A stretch of 64,000 nucleotides of DNA from the NCBI GenBank assembly GCA_943372215.1, contig CALRXU020000004.1:62115-126114 (forward strand), read 5' to 3'. Position numbers and translations under genes: made by a program. The notes below the pieces were generated by a model, which searched no databases, was not told the origin of the DNA, and saw only the letters and a list, made by a program, of their open reading frames with translations. Of the stretch, positions 30,117-40,413 are shown piece by piece. Source of the stretch: Chitinophaga pinensis (lineage in GTDB: Bacteria; Bacteroidota; Bacteroidia; UKL13-3). How positions within the stretch are numbered: the stretch's first letter is position 1; every line of letters begins with the position of its first letter.

Positions 30117-31097
30117 TTATTTTTTAACGTTACCAATATTTTTCTTTACAACAGATTTTTGCGATTTGCCTTGCGCAGTTTTTGCTGGGGTGTTGTTTGC
30201 GTTTAAACGGCTTTCTTCTTTAACTGCTGGAATTGCGTTATTTTGGTAAGTTTTTGCGTACACCCGGTTGGTTTTATACTCAGCCACAATAGCCGATTGT
30301 ACACGAAACTGCATATAAAGTTGATGAGCCATTCCGTTGCGAACATTTGCAGGGAAATGAAACCAAAGCTGATGTTTTTGTTTAAGGCCAAGCAACTGTT
30401 CCCTATGGCTTTGCCAAGATGTTGTGGGACGTGGTATCCACCAATGCGGATATGCATTAAAACGCCAGCTAGAGAGATAACGGTTGTATTGCGCTCCATA
30501 GATATAACTTAGTATAGGCCAATAACCTTCTCCATGTTCAATCGGAGTGCCTGTTGAAACATCTAATGTTGCTGTTGGCGCAACGGGATCAGGTACTGAA
30601 TAATACTGAAATACCCCAAATTTAGGTGCTGTTTTGGGAATGGTGTTTCCTGTAATGTTTAGAATGCCGCCTTCCGGTTGCGTTTCAATCACGTAGGCAC
30701 TGCCGTACAATGTTTCATCACCTACCATTTGCAAGGTAATGTTGCCTATTTCGTTCCGTTCAATTTCAATAGCAGCCACATCCTGGCTTTCCATATCATT
30801 AACCAAAACCTGCAAAACAATGGTGTGTGTATTGTTTTCAATCAGGTCAATTACTTTAATGTAATCTACCATGTCATCATTATTTAAATCCAGGTTATTT
30901 ACATAGGAATCTTGTCTGTTTAGCCCTTCCTCAAACAATTCTAGTGTTGACGAATTTTTGAACAATTCCAGGACGCCATAAAGATTTAAATTATCGCCTG
31001 GCAAGCCCAACGAATCAGGTGCTTGTGTTTGGGCATGAAGGCCATCAAAGAGATTGAAAGACAGAAAAAGAGTAGTAAAGATTAAAAGTGGTCTCAT
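30117..31097 (-). CDS. Exported hypothetical protein
   Basis: Signal peptide from ATG 31097; GDNLNLYGVLELF and NNLDLNNDDMVDYI (Ca-loop-like) motifs. Confidence 0.72.
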   Translation of the reverse strand: MRPLLIFTTLFLSFNLFDGLHAQTQAPDSLGLPGDNLNLYGVLELFKNSSTLELFEEGLNRQDSYVNNLDLNNDDMVDYIKVIDLIENNTHTIVLQVLVNDMESQDVAAIEIERNEIGNITLQMVGDETLYGSAYVIETQPEGGILNITGNTIPKTAPKFGVFQYYSVPDPVAPTATLDVSTGTPIEHGEGYWPILSYIYGAQYNRYLSSWRFNAYPHWWIPRPTTSWQSHREQLLGLKQKHQLWFHFPANVRNGMAHQLYMQFRVQSAIVAEYKTNRVYAKTYQNNAIPAVKEESRLNANNTPAKTAQGKSQKSVVKKNIGNVKK

Positions 31098-31382
31098 TTT
31101 AAGTGAATTATTAACCCAATAAATCATGATGTGCATTAGCGTGCAAGATAACGTTTTACAGAATAATCATAGAGGTGAAGCCTTTATGAGAGGCTAATGC
31201 ACTTGATTTTAAGCGAATTGTCATTAAAATCAAATAATTTTTGCAATACCGAAATTATTTTTACCTTGCAAACGGAAATTCTTCCAAACTCTAGGCACAT
31301 TCCCAAATTTAAAACCAATTGAAGGAAATGCAAAAAGAGTAAACAATCAAACAAAAATCTTAGTGTTTAATTAGTTTTTTTG

Positions 31383-33014
31383 ATGCACAGTAATTCAACG
31401 TTATCCGATATGTTAATTTCGGAGTTACGCGAGGTAGCAACAGGGCTTAATATACCAGATATTGCTACACTTAGCAAAGAGCAGCTTATCACACAAATTC
31501 TACAACAACAAGAGTTGTTACAATCTATAAAAATGAACGAAAAATTACCAAAAGAAGGTGCTGAAGAGTCACCTAAAAAGAGAAGGGGGAGACCCAAAAA
31601 AGGGGAAGACAAGTTGGTGAGTGAAGAAAGCATGTTGGATCAATCCTCTGCTGGATTGTTGGATGACATAGACTTTACTCCTGCACCTGCTAATGAAGTT
31701 AAAGAAGAGGAACCTCAAGCTGACCAACCGAATCAAACCTCGGCTCAGGAAGAAACGTTTGGTGAACAAGAAAACAACACCAACGAAGCACCTCAACAAA
31801 ATAACCAAAAGGAAAATAACAATTGGAAAGATAAGCGCAACCACGAACGCAACGAGCGCAACGAACGCATCCAACAGCAACAAGCCTTATTGCAGGAGCT
31901 GGAAGGCATCGTAAGTAGCGAAGGGGTGTTGGAAACCATGCTTGATGGGTATGGCTTTTTACGTTCAAGCGATTACAACTACATGCCATCTCCTGATGAT
32001 ATTTATGTATCACCCTCGCAAATAAAACTGTTGGGACTAAAAACAGGAGATACGGTGCGTGGTACAATTCGTCCTCCAAAAGAAGGCGAGAAGTATTTTG
32101 CATTAATTAAGGTTGACTCTGTTAATGGAAGAAGCGCTGCCGAAATACGCGACCGTGTGGCTTTTGAGCACCTTACACCACTTTTTCCTGACGAAAAGTT
32201 AAACCTGTCTCAAAATTCAGTGTCCTATTCAACCCGCATTATTGATTTAATTGCCCCCATTGGAAAAGGGCAACGCGGTTTAATTGTGGCACAACCCAAA
32301 ACAGGTAAAACCATTTTGTTAAAGGATATAGCCAATGCCATTGCAAAAAATCACCCTGAAGTGTACCTCATTATTTTGCTTATTGACGAACGTCCGGAGG
32401 AGGTTACAGATATGCAACGTAGTGTTAGGGCTGAAGTGGTAGCCAGTACGTTTGATGAACCGGCTGAAAAACACGTAAAATTGGCCAATATTGTGCTTGA
32501 AAAGGCAAAACGAATGACAGAGTGTGGGCATGATGTGGTGATTCTATTGGATTCCATAACCCGCATGGCTAGGGCATTTAATACCGTGCAACCAGCATCA
32601 GGTAAAATATTATCGGGTGGTGTGGATGCCAATGCACTGCATAAACCCAAACGTTTTTTTGGTGCGGCACGTAAAATTGAAAACGGGGGCTCACTTACCA
32701 TTATTGCTACAGCCCTAACGGAAACAGGTAGTAAAATGGATGAGGTGATTTTTGAAGAGTTTAAAGGTACCGGTAATATGGAGCTTCAATTAGATAGGAG
32801 ATTGGCCAACAAACGCATTTATCCTTCTATTGATATTGTAGCAAGTAGCACCAGACGTGAAGATTTACTTATGGATAAACAAACCCTGCAACGTGTGTGG
32901 ATTTTACGCAACCACATTGCAGATATGAATGCAGAAGAAGCCATGGCTGTGTTGTTGAAAAACATGAAAAACACCAACAGCAACGAGGAGTTTCTGGCAT
33001 CCATGAATGGATAA
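31383..33014 (+). CDS. rho: Transcription termination factor Rho with a disordered N-terminal insertion
   Basis: [43 protein letters not shown] and FKGTGNME motifs. Confidence 0.97.
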   Translation: MHSNSTLSDMLISELREVATGLNIPDIATLSKEQLITQILQQQELLQSIKMNEKLPKEGAEESPKKRRGRPKKGEDKLVSEESMLDQSSAGLLDDIDFTPAPANEVKEEEPQADQPNQTSAQEETFGEQENNTNEAPQQNNQKENNNWKDKRNHERNERNERIQQQQALLQELEGIVSSEGVLETMLDGYGFLRSSDYNYMPSPDDIYVSPSQIKLLGLKTGDTVRGTIRPPKEGEKYFALIKVDSVNGRSAAEIRDRVAFEHLTPLFPDEKLNLSQNSVSYSTRIIDLIAPIGKGQRGLIVAQPKTGKTILLKDIANAIAKNHPEVYLIILLIDERPEEVTDMQRSVRAEVVASTFDEPAEKHVKLANIVLEKAKRMTECGHDVVILLDSITRMARAFNTVQPASGKILSGGVDANALHKPKRFFGAARKIENGGSLTIIATALTETGSKMDEVIFEEFKGTGNMELQLDRRLANKRIYPSIDIVASSTRREDLLMDKQTLQRVWILRNHIADMNAEEAMAVLLKNMKNTNSNEEFLASMNG

Positions 33015-33103
33015 GTTTAGCTTATTTCATCATAAATTAAAATAACGATTCATTAATGTGCAATCACTTACTTTTGCGGCATTAAAATTAAACAAGAAAC
33101 AAT

Positions 33104-33748
33104 ATGACTATGTTAGTAGGAAAAAAAGCCCCTTCATTTAAAGCTTCGGCAGTGGTTAATGGCGGAGAGTTTGTTGAAGAATTTTCATTAGAACAATATA
33201 TCGGAAATAAACATGTGGTGTTCTATTTTTACCCATTAGATTTTACCTTTGTTTGCCCTACTGAAATTATTGCATTTCAAAGAAGAATAGCTGAGTTTGA
33301 AGAACGCGGAGTAGCCGTTGTAGGTTGTTCTATTGATTCAAAATTTAGCCACTGGGCTTGGTTAAATACCCCTCAAAACGATGGTGGTATCCAAGGTGTA
33401 AAATATCCTTTGGTAGCAGACGTAAACAAAACCATCGCCTTAAATTATGGCGTATTGGCTGGCCATTACAACTACGATGACAATGGAGACATGATTTGGG
33501 TAGGTAACCAAGGCGAAGATAGCGTGGCTTACCGTGGATTGTTTTTAATTGACAAAGCAGGTATCGTGCGCCACCAAGTGGTAAACGATTTGCCTTTAGG
33601 CCGCAGTATTGATGAAACTTTGCGTATGGTAGATGCCTTACAATATTTTGAAACCAATGGCGAGGTTTGCCCTGCTGATTGGAACCGTGGTAAAGATGGC
33701 TTAAAAGATACTGCTGAAGGTATAGCCACTTATTTGGCAACACACTAA
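33104..33748 (+). CDS. ahpC: 2-Cys peroxiredoxin
   Basis: FYPLDFTFVCPTE and GEVCPADW motifs. Confidence 0.93.
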   Translation: MTMLVGKKAPSFKASAVVNGGEFVEEFSLEQYIGNKHVVFYFYPLDFTFVCPTEIIAFQRRIAEFEERGVAVVGCSIDSKFSHWAWLNTPQNDGGIQGVKYPLVADVNKTIALNYGVLAGHYNYDDNGDMIWVGNQGEDSVAYRGLFLIDKAGIVRHQVVNDLPLGRSIDETLRMVDALQYFETNGEVCPADWNRGKDGLKDTAEGIATYLATH

Positions 33749-33767
33749 ACAGTAAAAAAAAATCCCG

Positions 33768-33797
33768 AAACCCGAGGCAACGCTTCGGGTTTTTTTA
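33768..33797 (+). terminator. Intrinsic terminator
   Basis: ACCCGAGGC-AAC-GCTTCGGGT followed by a T-tract. Confidence 0.8.
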
Positions 33798-33865
33798 TGC
33801 TCTAAATGCTGAGTTTGCTTGCCGTATTAAACTGGAAAGTACGACTTGTTTTAAGATAACTTTAG

Positions 33866-35341
33866 TTGAATCTAGTTCACTTCAAATCAATCAGCAGGTC
33901 AGTAAACTTCCAGCATGCACTTGTTGGGCTCGGGTTTATCGTTGTTGCTTACTTTACATTGTTTCACCAATTGGGTAAGGCAACCATGTATTTATGGGAC
34001 GAATCCATTTATGCGCTTAATGCACAAGAAATGATTGAGCGGGGCAACCCCATTGAGGTTTACCTCAATAACCAACCTGACTTGTTCAATTCAAAACCGC
34101 CTTTTGCCATTTGGTGCATGGCTCTTTCTATAAAGTTATTGGGCTTTAATGAATTTGCAGTAAGGCTTCCGTCAGCAATATTTGCTTGTTGTACGGGGCT
34201 ATTGTTATTGGTGTTTGTAAAAAAAGAAACCCACAACAGTTGGCTAGGATTAGGTAGTGCATTGGTACTATTTACAAGCACAGGGTATGTAGGTTGGCAT
34301 GTGGCACGTACAGCAGATACTGATGCCATATTGGCTTTTTGGGTAACGCTATACATTGTTTTAGCTTATCAAAGTTTAAAATTGGAAGTGATAAAACCAG
34401 CATTGGTGTGGTGGTTTTTTGTGGCCTTAACCTTGGCTTGTTTAACCAAAGGCATTGCAGGGTTGATTGGCTTGCCCGCAATTGTTGGGTGGTGGATGTT
34501 TAAACCGGATAAACTACAACTGTTTAAAACAGCCACGTTTTATTATGGAATACTGTTGTTTTTTACTTTTGTTGGTGGTTATTATGCATTAAGAAGTTAC
34601 TATACAATAGGCTATGCGCATGCGGTATGGACAAATGAGTTGGGTGGCCGACTAAACTGGCAGAAGGAGTTGAACACGCAACAAACGACTTTCGACTTTT
34701 ACATTAAAGAGTTCATCAATCAACAAGAATTCCTTATTTGGTTTTACTGGTTTTTAGTTGGGGTGATTTACCTTATGTACACCTTTTGGAAAAGGCAACG
34801 TTTTGGACATTATTTTATTTGGGTTTGGTTGGTAATGATTACCCTATTAAGTTTTTCCGCAACTAAATTTGAGTGGTATGATGCACCCTTGTTCCCAATA
34901 ATGGCAATTGCACTGGTATTGACCATTAACCAGGTTACACAAGCAATACATCCGCAATTTGCCAAAGCAGTATTTTTGCTGTTTATGTTATCCTGGTTGT
35001 TTTTATTTGGTAAAATAACCAAACAAAATATTGCAAATACAGGCAATGGCTGTTTAAATAAATTTATGCAATTGGTACGTGTTGAAAAAGGCATCAACAA
35101 CCATATTGTATTTATTAATAAAGAAGCCAGCTTTAACCTGTTTTTTTACATGAAAAAAGATAAACTGGAAGGATATAGCAATGCTCAGAGTTTGGTTCAT
35201 CATCAGATTGCCCCTAATACATTGGTAGCTGTAACAAATGATAAAGACGAATACGAATTAGCATCCGCGTATCAATTACAATTGTTAACCCAATTGAATG
35301 ATTGTAAATTATTTAAGGTGGTAAAGGGGAAGGAAGATTAA
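33866..35341 (+). CDS. ArnT/PMT-like (GT-C fold) membrane glycosyltransferase
   Basis: WDESIYA, KPPFAIW, RLPS and LTKG motifs with many TMs; TTG start uncertain. Confidence 0.85.
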   Translation: MNLVHFKSISRSVNFQHALVGLGFIVVAYFTLFHQLGKATMYLWDESIYALNAQEMIERGNPIEVYLNNQPDLFNSKPPFAIWCMALSIKLLGFNEFAVRLPSAIFACCTGLLLLVFVKKETHNSWLGLGSALVLFTSTGYVGWHVARTADTDAILAFWVTLYIVLAYQSLKLEVIKPALVWWFFVALTLACLTKGIAGLIGLPAIVGWWMFKPDKLQLFKTATFYYGILLFFTFVGGYYALRSYYTIGYAHAVWTNELGGRLNWQKELNTQQTTFDFYIKEFINQQEFLIWFYWFLVGVIYLMYTFWKRQRFGHYFIWVWLVMITLLSFSATKFEWYDAPLFPIMAIALVLTINQVTQAIHPQFAKAVFLLFMLSWLFLFGKITKQNIANTGNGCLNKFMQLVRVEKGINNHIVFINKEASFNLFFYMKKDKLEGYSNAQSLVHHQIAPNTLVAVTNDKDEYELASAYQLQLLTQLNDCKLFKVVKGKED

Positions 35342-35448
35342 CCCAGATGGGATAAAAGTAAAACCAGTTTATTTTATGGGAGGTGATGTTGCATATTTAC
35401 CCGCTAGGGAGTGAATATTTTTTGCAAGATAAACTTTACCTTTACACC

Positions 35449-36729
35449 ATGCGTTTAATCAACCTGTTTGTATTTTTAGTGGTGGTAAATATGGTTGCTG
35501 CACAGCAGCAATTAACCGTAAAATTAACCACCAATGCCCGCGATGATCGGTTTGACCGCCTCAGCATTAACCTGGCCTTATTTGAAGTGAAAAATGACAC
35601 CGTACTCAGTTGGGATTTTGAGGGCCTGCGTAAGGCAGTGCCTTTGCGCATTGTTAAACCTGAAGGCTTTAAAGCCTATGCTTACGGTTACTTGTTTTTT
35701 GCTGGAAATACGGAAGGTTACAACCCTGGACTGGTTACTTTTTTAGTAGCCAACCCTTATGATAAACACCCCAAGTTGTTTTTGGACTTAAATAACAACC
35801 TTAATTTTACGGATGATGGAAACGCGTTTGACCTCCCTTGGAGAGACGAAAACATGCTCCTCAACTTTTGTATTCCTGCTTCACAGAAGTGTGCATCTAT
35901 TAAACTTACCCGTCATCCCTACAACAACAAATATGAATACAAGGTGCTGATGGATGAGTTTTATGCGTTAACTTACCCCGACAGAAAGTTTATGGGTATG
36001 GAGTTTTGTTACAGACAACAAACCTACCAAACCAAAGCAGGTATTTTGTATGATGGAAAAGACAGTTTTTATGTGGCCCTGTATGATGGCAATCAGAATG
36101 GTGTTTACAATGAAGCCGACAGCGATAAGTTTGTAATTGCGAACATAACCGACACGGTTTTTTATCCTTTTGATGACTTGTATGCCAGTACCATCAGCCG
36201 CAAAGCAGGCAAATGTTTTGTAGATAAAAATGGCAAACAATATGAGTTGGTAAGTGCATCACCCTACGGCAATGAATTAACCTTAAACATCCTCAATCAG
36301 GCAAGCACTGAAGGCCAAACACGTCAAGGAAAAAAGCTACCCAAGTTTAAATACATCACTTGGAAAGGTGAGTCAAAAAAAGTAACCAAGTTGCGCAAGT
36401 ACCAATTGTACATTTATTATGGAAGTCCGCAATCCAATAACTTTGCAGAAGACACCACCGCCTTACGTAAAATCGCCAACGATTACGGTAACCAAATTAA
36501 AGTAATTGGTTTTATAGAAGTAAACAAATCGTATGAACTCAGCATTTTTGGCCAATACAGTTACCTTAATTGGATACTGGCTTATAAAGACAAATACCTG
36601 AACCAGCGTTTAGGCATACGGGGTATTCCCAACAGCATTTACACCGCCAAACGAAGAAAGGTAATTGCCTATAATATCACCCCAAAACAATTGCTGCAGC
36701 AATTGCAAAGCCAACCCTCAAAACAATGA
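35449..36729 (+). CDS. Exported hypothetical protein with a putative C-terminal thioredoxin-like fold lacking CxxC
   Basis: Signal peptide from ATG 35449; LDLNNNLNFTDD and YDGNQNG loops; GKKLPKF...LGIRGIPNS TlpA-like segment. Confidence 0.65.
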   Translation: MRLINLFVFLVVVNMVAAQQQLTVKLTTNARDDRFDRLSINLALFEVKNDTVLSWDFEGLRKAVPLRIVKPEGFKAYAYGYLFFAGNTEGYNPGLVTFLVANPYDKHPKLFLDLNNNLNFTDDGNAFDLPWRDENMLLNFCIPASQKCASIKLTRHPYNNKYEYKVLMDEFYALTYPDRKFMGMEFCYRQQTYQTKAGILYDGKDSFYVALYDGNQNGVYNEADSDKFVIANITDTVFYPFDDLYASTISRKAGKCFVDKNGKQYELVSASPYGNELTLNILNQASTEGQTRQGKKLPKFKYITWKGESKKVTKLRKYQLYIYYGSPQSNNFAEDTTALRKIANDYGNQIKVIGFIEVNKSYELSIFGQYSYLNWILAYKDKYLNQRLGIRGIPNSIYTAKRRKVIAYNITPKQLLQQLQSQPSKQ

Positions 36730-37766
36730 TAGAGAATCCAATATTGGTTGACATTTATCGGGGAGGGGTATTGGAAAGTTTTCACCGTGGAGTGGTATGT
36801 GTTGTTGATGAAAACAATCAAGTGCTGTTTAGCCTTGGTAACGTCAACCAAATCTGTTACCCGCGCAGTGCCATGAAGCTGTTACAAGTGCTTCCATTGA
36901 TACAACATGGAGGCATACAAAAGTTTGGTTTTACATTAGAAGAAATTGCAGTAATGTGTGGTTCGCACAATGCAGAAGCAGATCACTTGCGGGTTGTGAA
37001 TGCCATATTGCACAAAATTGGTTTAACGCCAGCCGCTTTAAATTGCGGGCCGCAATACCCCAGTGGTAAAAAGGAAGCAAATGCGCTAATTAAAGCAGAT
37101 GCTAAACCGCAGCACATTCACAACAACTGCAGTGGTAAACATGCTGGCATGCTGGCCATGTGTGTGCTTAAAGGTTGGCCAATTGAAGATTACATCAATC
37201 CTCAGCATCCGTTGCAACAATTGATATTGGATTGTTGCGCCTGTTTTTTTGAATACCCCAAAGAACAAATGGTTACGGCATTGGATGGTTGTAGTGCGCC
37301 CATTTTTAGTGTGCCTGTAATTAACCAAGCCATTGCCTATAAAAACTTAAGTGCCCCTGCAGCCTTTGAACCCGCTTTACAAGAAGCTTGCAAAGTGGTG
37401 ATAGAGGCAGTGAGCCAATACCCATTTATGGTAGCAGGAACCAAGAGGTATTGCACAGATATGATGAATATAACAGCCCCAACAATTATTGGAAAAACAG
37501 GAGCTGAAGGCATTTTTTGCATGAGTTTTACTGGACAAAAATGGGGAGTATGTATTAAAATTGATGATGGCAAAATGTTACCCCAATATCACGTAGCCCA
37601 AGCCATTGTTGAAGCTTCTGGACTATTTTCGGCTGAGCAATTGCAACCATTGCACCATTACCTAAACACTGATTTAAAAAACTTTAACCAGTTTGTAACT
37701 GGAGAAATAAAAGCAAACAACGGTTTATTGGAGGCGCTAAAGGTGATGGCAACCGATAATAAATAG
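36726..37766 (+). CDS. L-asparaginase II (Rhizobium AnsA-type) family
   Basis: ESFHRG, YPRSAMK, CGSH, NNCSGKH, DGCSAP and GKTGAEG motifs. Confidence 0.9.
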   Translation: MIENPILVDIYRGGVLESFHRGVVCVVDENNQVLFSLGNVNQICYPRSAMKLLQVLPLIQHGGIQKFGFTLEEIAVMCGSHNAEADHLRVVNAILHKIGLTPAALNCGPQYPSGKKEANALIKADAKPQHIHNNCSGKHAGMLAMCVLKGWPIEDYINPQHPLQQLILDCCACFFEYPKEQMVTALDGCSAPIFSVPVINQAIAYKNLSAPAAFEPALQEACKVVIEAVSQYPFMVAGTKRYCTDMMNITAPTIIGKTGAEGIFCMSFTGQKWGVCIKIDDGKMLPQYHVAQAIVEASGLFSAEQLQPLHHYLNTDLKNFNQFVTGEIKANNGLLEALKVMATDNK

Positions 37767-37900
37767 GTGTAGTTTTTTTTTGTTGCTGTACCAATTACTT
37801 GGCATTGTTTGCCTGATAATGCATATTACCTAATAGGTTTTGGGTGGACATGTTGTATGATAGATAAAAACACGCAGTTAAGATTGGAAAGAAAATAATT

Positions 37901-37940
37901 TATATCCGTATTTATCCGTAAATATTCGAATATATCCGTT
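37901..37940. repeat. Four imperfect 10-bp tandem repeats (consensus TATATCCGTA)
   Basis: TATATCCGTA TTTATCCGTA AATATTCGAA TATATCCGTT. Confidence 0.75.
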
Positions 37941-38007
37941 TTGCAATGCTTGCTGATTCCTTTACTTCAATCTGTAAACTAATGATAATGCAGCGTTGGG
38001 TTTACCG

Positions 38008-38937
38008 TTACTTCGGTAAAAATGAAATCAGGTCATTAATAAACAACGTTTGTTGGTCAATAAAAACATTGTGCGAACAATTGTCGTAATATTTAACAGC
38101 ATCTTTTCCAATCAAGGCTTGTAATGCTTCTATTTGAGCGGGGGAGTACAAACCATCTTGTTTGCCGTAAAAACCATAAACTTTCATGTTGTTTTTTGGG
38201 AGCGATTTTAACACATCCGTTAAATCTAGTGTGGTGTATTTTTCGTTTTTCCAAAAGCCTTCAGGAGCTTCTTTGTTCATGCGAGATGCATACTTTCGAA
38301 GCAAAGTATCCGTTTTAAATAGCCCATACAAATTCTTGGCTTCGTCATTAGGTGTTTTTGTGGTGTAGAAGCCATTACGCATAGCATACATAAAGCAGTA
38401 TGTACTATACATAATACTTGTTGTATCTAACTGCTGCAAGCTATTAAGATACCCTAAGTTAGCACTATCTTGTTTAGCGGCATATATTTCTTTGCAGGAA
38501 TGAATAATGGTTTTAAACGTTTCTTGCAAAGAAACCGGTGACCCAATCAATACCACAGCAGTCACAGCTTTTGGTTGTTGTTGGGCAAACAATGTTGCAA
38601 CAATTCCTCCAAAGCTATGCCCTAAAAGTGTAGCGGTTTTTATTCCAGCAAATTTGTAAATGGCATTTAAGTCAGCAAAGGTTTGTTCAAAAGTAAATGC
38701 AGCACTCTTGTCTATGGAGCGACCTTCGCCACGCCTGTCATAAACCACTACATAAAAACCAGCATCAGCCAAACGTTGCGCAGTGGTGGCTTCAAAATTG
38801 GCACAATTGTAACCAGGCCCACCATGTAAAAATACCAATGCAGGTTGAAGTTTATTGCCAAAAGTTTTGATGTATAACTCTTGTGCGTGGGCAAAAAAGT
38901 TAAAGAATAAAATGGCAGTTGCTAATAATGCTTTCAT
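38008..38937 (-). CDS. Exported alpha/beta hydrolase (proline iminopeptidase-like)
   Basis: Signal peptide, LHGGPG, YDRRGEGRS, GHSFG nucleophile elbow and terminal SHNVF. Confidence 0.9.
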   Translation of the reverse strand: MKALLATAILFFNFFAHAQELYIKTFGNKLQPALVFLHGGPGYNCANFEATTAQRLADAGFYVVVYDRRGEGRSIDKSAAFTFEQTFADLNAIYKFAGIKTATLLGHSFGGIVATLFAQQQPKAVTAVVLIGSPVSLQETFKTIIHSCKEIYAAKQDSANLGYLNSLQQLDTTSIMYSTYCFMYAMRNGFYTTKTPNDEAKNLYGLFKTDTLLRKYASRMNKEAPEGFWKNEKYTTLDLTDVLKSLPKNNMKVYGFYGKQDGLYSPAQIEALQALIGKDAVKYYDNCSHNVFIDQQTLFINDLISFLPK

Positions 38938-39046
38938 GATGTAATTATAATCAATAAAAGCGAATAGCTATTTAATTGCTTGTGCTAGATGCGGTTGGAG
39001 GGTATAAGATAAAATGGAAAAGCAATGGTAATCGTCTCTTGAACGC

Positions 39047-40324
39047 TTACTTAATCCCCCTAAACAACCTGTTCCAACGTATTTTTTTAAACAAGTTGGT
39101 TTCGTTAGGATCCAAACTCATCCAAGTAAACAAAGCCTTGCCCACAATATGATCTTCAGGTACAAAACCCCAAAAACGTGAATCGGCTGAGTTGTGGCGG
39201 TTATCACCCATCATAAAATAGTAGTTTTGTTTAAAGGTATAGGTTGTGATTTCCTTGCCATCTAAATAAACCTTGTTGTTGTGAATATCTAGTGTGGGGT
39301 TGTTTTCGTAAATCTTTATTGCTCTTTCGTAAATGTAATAAGTAACCGTATCCAACTTTACCACATCACCTGCTTTGGGTATATAAACGGGGCCAAAATT
39401 ATCTACATTCCAACCCAATGATTCCCTAAAAGGAAAGATATAAGAAGCAGGAGCACCTTTAGCTTGTAACGTATTCTCTACTTTTTTCACCCAACTTTGG
39501 TTTAACAAATCATCTTTAGCTGCTTTGGTCAACAACAATTCAAAATCGCCTTGCGCACTGGCAGGGCCGCCCTCTGTAATGTCATTTCTTTTGGCAATGC
39601 GTTGGTCAAAAGTACCATCCGTTTGCACATAATACCTAAATTGCATTTTAGGTGGGTTTTCTGCAGCAATACCATTAATAAACACTTGTTGGTCTACAAC
39701 TGATAAACTATCGCCCGCAATGCCCAAGCAGCGTTTAATATAATTCTCTTTTTTATCTAGTGGTCTTCCATCCTCAGCAGGGTAGTTAAATACCACTACA
39801 TCGTTGTTTTTTATTTTTTGAAAACCAGGCAACCTAAAGTAAGGCATGCTAGGCCATTCTATGTATGATTTGCCGCCAATACCAGGCATGGTGTTGTGTG
39901 CAAACGGAAAACTAATAGGTGTAATGGGAGCCCTGGCACCATAGTTAACTTTGCTTACAAATAAAAAATCACCAACCAACAACGATTTTTCCATAGATGA
40001 AGTTGGGATGGTATATGCTTCAATAAAAAAGGTACGTATTAGGGTAGCGGCAACAACTGCAAAAGCAATGGCATCAATCCACTCGCGCGATTTGGTTTTA
40101 CGCTTAAACCGGTTGATGAAAATATAATACCCAATAATGGAACCTTGAATCAATAGAAAAAAAAGCACATTGGTTATAAAAGACGAACCAGCCACAAAAC
40201 TCATTATTAAAAAAAAGAAAAGATTAATGCCACTCATTAAATAAAGGCTAGAGCGCTCGCGCTTATTAAGCATGGCAAAAAACAACTGGATGTATGAGTT
40301 ATTGGTGTTTTTTTCTTCGGTCAT
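39047..40324 (-). CDS. lepB: Signal peptidase I
   Basis: IPTSSME, GDFLFVSK, YIKRC and MGDNRHNSADSRFWGFVP motifs. Confidence 0.96.
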   Translation of the reverse strand: MTEEKNTNNSYIQLFFAMLNKRERSSLYLMSGINLFFFLIMSFVAGSSFITNVLFFLLIQGSIIGYYIFINRFKRKTKSREWIDAIAFAVVAATLIRTFFIEAYTIPTSSMEKSLLVGDFLFVSKVNYGARAPITPISFPFAHNTMPGIGGKSYIEWPSMPYFRLPGFQKIKNNDVVVFNYPAEDGRPLDKKENYIKRCLGIAGDSLSVVDQQVFINGIAAENPPKMQFRYYVQTDGTFDQRIAKRNDITEGGPASAQGDFELLLTKAAKDDLLNQSWVKKVENTLQAKGAPASYIFPFRESLGWNVDNFGPVYIPKAGDVVKLDTVTYYIYERAIKIYENNPTLDIHNNKVYLDGKEITTYTFKQNYYFMMGDNRHNSADSRFWGFVPEDHIVGKALFTWMSLDPNETNLFKKIRWNRLFRGIK

Positions 40325-40413
40325 TGGTCGGGTATATTTTGTTGTGTTAAAACGTTAAAATAACGCTTGTATTACAGTATTTTGTTAAACGGTAAATTAA
40401 GTAATTAAGCGGA

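Noticed and set aside
37901-37940. CRISPR array
   Set aside because: 10-bp units, no spacers and no cas genes
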